Shown in pieces: positions 58,495-64,000 of a DNA stretch of 64,000 nucleotides. The stretch is from Eledone cirrhosa (Eukaryota), in the NCBI GenBank assembly GCA_964016885.1, contig OZ024740.1:127534001-127598000 (forward strand). Direction: 5' to 3'. The position numbers were made by a program, and so were the translations under genes. The notes under the pieces are model-generated. The model saw nothing but the letters and a program-made list of their open reading frames with translations. It was not told where the DNA came from and searched no databases. Position 1 is the stretch's first letter, and the number at the start of each line of letters is the position of its first letter.

Positions 58495-58553
58495 TATATT
58501 TTGTCTGATGAGGACGTACTGTTGTACATCTGAAATATGTATAATAACATGTA
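58495..58553 (+). ncRNA. Type I hammerhead in an AT-rich pLTR remnant (about 57460-58595)
   Basis: tatattttgt-CTGATGA-gga-c-gtac-tgtt-gtac-a-tct-GAAA-t-atgt-a-TA-ataacatgta, preceded by gggtatgtc. Confidence 0.78.
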
Positions 58554-58597
58554 ATTGATCAAAAGAACATCTATTTTATTAATATTTCTATTTTAAT

Positions 58598-58722
<125 letters not shown>

Positions 58723-58819
58723 TACGTATATATATTTAAATTCACTCTACATGGCTGAATACAATAAATATTATCTGACCTTTTCGAATATTAATAATAA
58801 CATTCGATTCGTCTGCAAT

Positions 58820-59216
58820 TATGAAAACAAACCTCATTTTTACAGCCATGTCAGTAGAATGAGCCCCTCATTCTTGCTCTTGTGTGGGCCTGTAAACAGA
58901 ACTGCAGACACTAATGATTCTGGCTATTACCCTTGATCAGTACAGCTCACTGTTGACCTGCCAACTGTCAGGGCTAGTGAAAATATATGCTAATTTCAAA
59001 AATATAAAGTGATTGATTGGCCTTATTTGCATATTAACAGACTGACTGATCAGTGTGATCTGCATATTAGCAGATTCATGATCAGCCAGATTTGCATATC
59101 AGCAGACTGGCCAGTCAGGTCCCTGTATACGAGCGATAAATGGCCGGCTTTAAGGCCGAGCAAGAATGATGGGCTCATTCTACTGACATGGCTGTAAAAG
59201 TGAGGTTTGTTTCATA
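58820..59216. mobile_element. MITE with TIRs of about 60 bp
   Basis: 58820-58879 and 59158-59216 are near-perfect inverted repeats. Confidence 0.8.
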
Positions 59217-59857
59217 TTATTGTACTGCATCCCCATGCATTGAACCACAAAGTTACTAAGACAAAACCTATATATTTGCTGGCATAAGTATGCATCCGTA
59301 TATATATGTTAGTAGATATACTAATTCTTTATAATTATCTCCAAATTATTTTGTTGAGCCAAAATTGGCCAAAACTGCTACTTTAGTTCATAGTAATGGT
59401 TCGGCTGCTGTCTTCTTAACAAAGGACTCCTCACTGATTAACCTCGATGTCATGTGATTGATTCTTTAGAATTTGCCACCGACGCAGTAGGCAGTGATTT
59501 TTTCAGTGGCTTGGAACTTAGTTTACGCTTTGCTTTTTTCCATCCACTGAATTATTTCTGTATAAGTTCCGTGTGTCCACGCATCGTCTGGAAACTTAGC
59601 TGAGAATAGACTTCCCTGATAACGAAAGGCTTCTCCGTACGTTCCTTCGGAAACTATGTTTATTCCCTTTCAGAAACTAATTAGTTGGAGTGAAATTTTA
59701 GTAAGTAAGTTAATTTTTATAATTTTCTTATTTTACGTCTTTCATATTATTGTTCTGCATCCCCATGCATTGAACCACAAAGTTACTAAGACAAAACCTA
59801 TATATTTGCTGGCATAAGTATGCATCTGTATATATATGTTAGTAGATATACTAATTC

Positions 59858-59862
<5 letters not shown>
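59211..59862. repeat. 122-bp direct repeats 530 bp apart
   Basis: 59211-59332 matches 59741-59862; ends at (TA)n. Confidence 0.88.
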
Positions 59863-59930
<68 letters not shown>

Positions 59931-60146
59931 CTTTATGTATATGTAAACCTTTATATTTAATAATCTCCAGTCAGGTTGAGATACAATTTGGCGATATTTG
60001 GCTGCGCTTTCTAGCAACAAGCTTACCCGCCGTAAGCAACCAATCACATTCTTTCTAACTTGACCACTGCCAAATTGCGGTTCTTAGCCATTTTTTAATC
60101 TAATTTTGGCGCGATCACTTTGGAGAACTAAGTGTCTAATTTTGAG

Positions 60147-60230
60147 TTTGTCTCCTGATGAATCCGAACTCTGGGCATTTCCTATTAATTGGATGTCTAA
60201 AAATACGGATGAAACCATGGTAGAGATAAA
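60147..60230 (+). ncRNA. Canonical type I minimal hammerhead ribozyme
   Basis: tttgtctc-CTGATGA-atccg..cggat-GAAA-c-CATG-g-TA-gagataaa; predicted cleavage after GUA at 60222. Confidence 0.92.
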
Positions 60231-60507
60231 ATTACGGTATGTACACATTTATTCTAAGTTTGAATTTACACCTAATTGTGTATAGTTGATGGTATATTTA
60301 GTCAGTTTCTACATGCTGTAGAAATGTTGGATAAATACTCTATTGGGGCCACCGCGAAGAGGCCACTTTCGGTTATTTGTCGGAGATTTCTTCATAAGAG
60401 CCTTTATTCTTATAGCTTGGTCTAATTGATTTTTTATATGGTTAATTATGCTGATTGGGAGAGGAAATGGTATATATTTTATCTAATAATTCTAAAGACA
60501 TGATTTA

Positions 60508-60671
<164 letters not shown>

Positions 60672-61574
60672 TGTCTGATTGTCAGTTTGTGTGTTTGTTT
60701 GTGTGTGTATGTAGATATACATGAAGTCAAATTATCTTCAATAGGATTTAATCCCAATCATCTTAGATCATAGAACTAAAACATGTTTATATATCTACGA
60801 TTCGGATGTTACATTGTTGCATTAGCTTCTGCACTGATTTACAATTATATAAGTGTCCTTGTAATTAGTTATTGTATGACCAGTAATTCATTGTATTATC
60901 AGATTGATTGACAATGAATAACTTCGTTTATACGGTAATTTACCATTCTTGAAATATTTACAAAATTGGTAATACTTCTGTTGTTAGTGTTGTTAGAAAA
61001 GTATTTTATCTCATAAGTAACCTTTCTGAAAACTGTAGTAAAGTAGAGACTTGTTTTCAAAGGAAATATCAATGTTCGTTGAATATTATTTTAACTTACT
61101 TATTTATATGTTTATTATTATGATTTATATTTTGGATGTTGTCTAATGCTTGTTAGGAACGACATTGTTTGACAGAGCAATCAACATCATTTCACAAATA
61201 TAAACTGGATATGTCAGCTATGGGAATTCGTTTGTGTTTCATAATTTTGTGAAACCACTGATATTTGAAATCAATCAACTCCAATATCGGTGGCTAGTAA
61301 CGAATCAGTGATCGTAACAAGCTATGGAAATGTGCAATTAGATTTAGTTGTATTCTAGACATTTCAATAGATTACATACAGTGTAGGACCTTGCTGTAAA
61401 TTGATTTGGACGTAAAAACGACGCAATGAAATATTTAGTTATAAGCAACTGTGTATAATGTAAATGTGAAATACAACTGTCACTGTTATCTTGATAGAAG
61501 TAAAAGCGTTTATCTTACATATGTGATATATATATATATATATATATATACAGAGAGAGAGATGAATTGATATA

Positions 61575-61645
<71 letters not shown>

Positions 61646-62146
61646 CTATATATGTATATATATATATATATATATATTTGGGTACGTGTGCTTACGTATA
61701 TTTCAGCTTTATAGCGTTTATATATAGATAAATGTTTGTGTGATTATGTGATGTATATTTATTCAGACACACTCGTTTAGTGAAATAGATGCCTTCCTAT
61801 CATTTTCAAACGGTTTCTTCTACAAACAAACAACACAGTACATTCAAATTACTTTAGTTTACCGAGCTGGGAGACGATTAAGAACAAGACATTTTATAAA
61901 TATAAGTCCGGTATCACAAGTAGGATGGATACTTATAACTGATCCACGTTATTTTCTTCTTTCTCTCGGTTTACAGCTCACCAACATATATTTATAACTT
62001 TATTTAACTGTCAGTGTTCATATCCTATACTCCTTCTCGCCTCAGTCTCTGTCTTTCTGGTCTCTCATCCATCATGTCTTTCTCCCTGTTACTCATTCTC
62101 TCTGTATATATTTGAGAATATATATATATATGTATACACACATATG

Positions 62147-62267
<121 letters not shown>

Positions 62268-63311
62268 AAGAGAGAGTGAGAGATAGAGAGAGAAATGTAG
62301 AAAGAATGAGAGAGTGAGAGATAGAGAGATAGATAGATGGGGAGGAGACGTTTCCAGATGAAAAGAACACCAAAGAAACTTCGAATACATAGTCAAATGG
62401 CATATTTCAGGGAATATTTGACGGTTTTGATATATGAACACACCTCACAACCCCAACCCCCACTCAATACACACTCACGCGTGCACACACACACACACAC
62501 AATCAAACAAACAAACACACTCATATTTATGAACTGTATGTAGCGTGAGTTCAATTATTCACAGGTATCTTAATGCATGATAGAGTCTTGCGTCGAGGAT
62601 TACGTATGGGCATCCTATTGTTCAACCAACTGAAAAATCTATTCATTGAGTTAACTTGCGAATTATATGAGTATTGTACAGATAATGCCACGTGTATTGT
62701 TCACATAATGCTGACTGTTAAAATACAGACTCTTAGAATACCAGAGCTGCAATCTGCACGATGGTCTTCCATACCTAGACCATCAACACCAAAGGTTCTC
62801 AACCCATTTCAACCCTTTTTTTTGATATTTCACTGTTAGCTATTGTAATATTTTGACTGGATAGACAATTCTACAATTCAAACTGTAAAGTCAAAATACA
62901 AAAGGTGCAAAATATGAAGAATTTCTTAACTTTCTCTGAAATCACAAACTCGGGGTAAAAATAACACCTTGCAAAATAAAATATCTCGTAGCAAAATAAA
63001 ATACTTAGTAGCAACGAATGAATTGAGAATCATGGAAACAGTGAGAAAGCCATATCTGTATCCCTTATATATATACATAAATAGATACACACACACATAA
63101 ACGCGCAAACACACACGCGCGCACACGCACACACACACATACATACACACACACAAGCCTGTGTGCGTACGCCTTGGTTTTGGTACAGAAACAGTTTGTC
63201 TCCAGTTTGTATTGCCAGGTCAAAGGCCACTGCTGTTTTCAACAACGCCATATATATATATATATAGATAGGTAAATATACACGGGTGTGTATGATTGTG
63301 TATAGAAGATG

Positions 63312-63697
63312 ATATTAATAAGAGGAATTCCAACTTTGTCTGATTTACTCGTTTTATTTACAATCCTTTAAAATATATATAATGGTATTATAATGAAATA
63401 GTATGATAGAATATTAAATTCTAAGTGTTAATTGAACAAGTACTTTCATGCTTTCGCAATCTTCAGGTTCATGATATGTGGTGACAGTCGAGTTTGCAAT
63501 TTTCAACAGTTGAAATTTGCAAACTCGACTGTCACCACATATCATGAACCTGAAGATTGCGAAAGCATGAAAGTACTTGTTCAATTAACACTTAGAATTT
63601 AATATTCTATCATACTATTTCATTATAATACCATTATATATATTTTAAAGGATTGTAAATAAAACGAGTAAATCAGACAAAGTTGGAATTCCTCTTA

Positions 63698-63704
<7 letters not shown>
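63312..63704. repeat. Foldback palindrome (196-bp arms, 1-nt spacer) with an HHR on each strand
   Basis: Centre at 63508; one mismatch seen near the centre. Confidence 0.95.
63545..63583 (+). ncRNA. Minimal hammerhead (mirror copy at 63433-63471 on -)
   Basis: tgaac-CTGAAGA-t-tgc-gaaa-gca-t-GAAA-GTAC-TT-gttca. Confidence 0.8.
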
Positions 63705-63773
<69 letters not shown>

Positions 63774-63846
63774 GGTAAGTTATTCCGGGTGGAAGCGGAG
63801 GTAACCACAGTAAATAAGGTACTCAATACATAGCAGAGTATAAGAC

Positions 63847-63980
63847 TTTTAATATAGATGAGATTTTACAGGACTAGAGCTGTTTCATGCTTTAGAAATC
63901 ATCAGGAATCTCCTATGATTCCTGATGATTTCTAAAGAATGAAACAGTTCTAGTCCTGTAGAATCTCATCTATATTAAAA
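63847..63980. repeat. Foldback (64-bp arms, 6-nt spacer) with HHR-like cores
   Basis: CTGATGA-tttctaaagaat-GAAA-cagttc-TA on +, with a mirror copy carrying AGCT; helix I is not formed. Confidence 0.8.
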
Positions 63981-64000
63981 CTTATATATATATATATATA

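Noticed and set aside
63030-63251. Possible host exon MALLKTAVAFDLAIQTGDKLF
   Set aside because: Short, with the ATG formed at a (TA)n edge and no recognisable homology or splice support.

Overview
AT-rich animal intergenic or intronic DNA. The SINE, RTE and microsatellite repertoire suggests a cephalopod (octopus-like) genome, which is an inference. I recognise no host protein-coding gene; most ORFs in the track are (TA)n/(CA)n artefacts or antisense shadows. The window is a transposon graveyard dominated by Penelope-like retroelements (PLEs: RT plus C-terminal GIY-YIG). Five copies carry a CxC..CPL..C linker (Hydra-clade-like) and at least one other family is present. They mostly abut (TA)n tracts and show pseudo-LTRs (pLTRs) and inverted 5' copies. 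Also present are a Tx1/L1 element nested in a PLE with a 14-bp TSD, two RTE-clade fragments, a CRE-type RLE fragment, Helitron remnants, tRNA-derived SINEs with TSDs and a MITE. The most striking signal is about 20 type I hammerhead ribozyme (HHR) motifs, several with recurrent non-canonical cores. Four near-perfect foldback palindromes (130-420 bp) carry HHR or HHR-like motifs on both strands, and some insertions show inverted duplication of flanking DNA.
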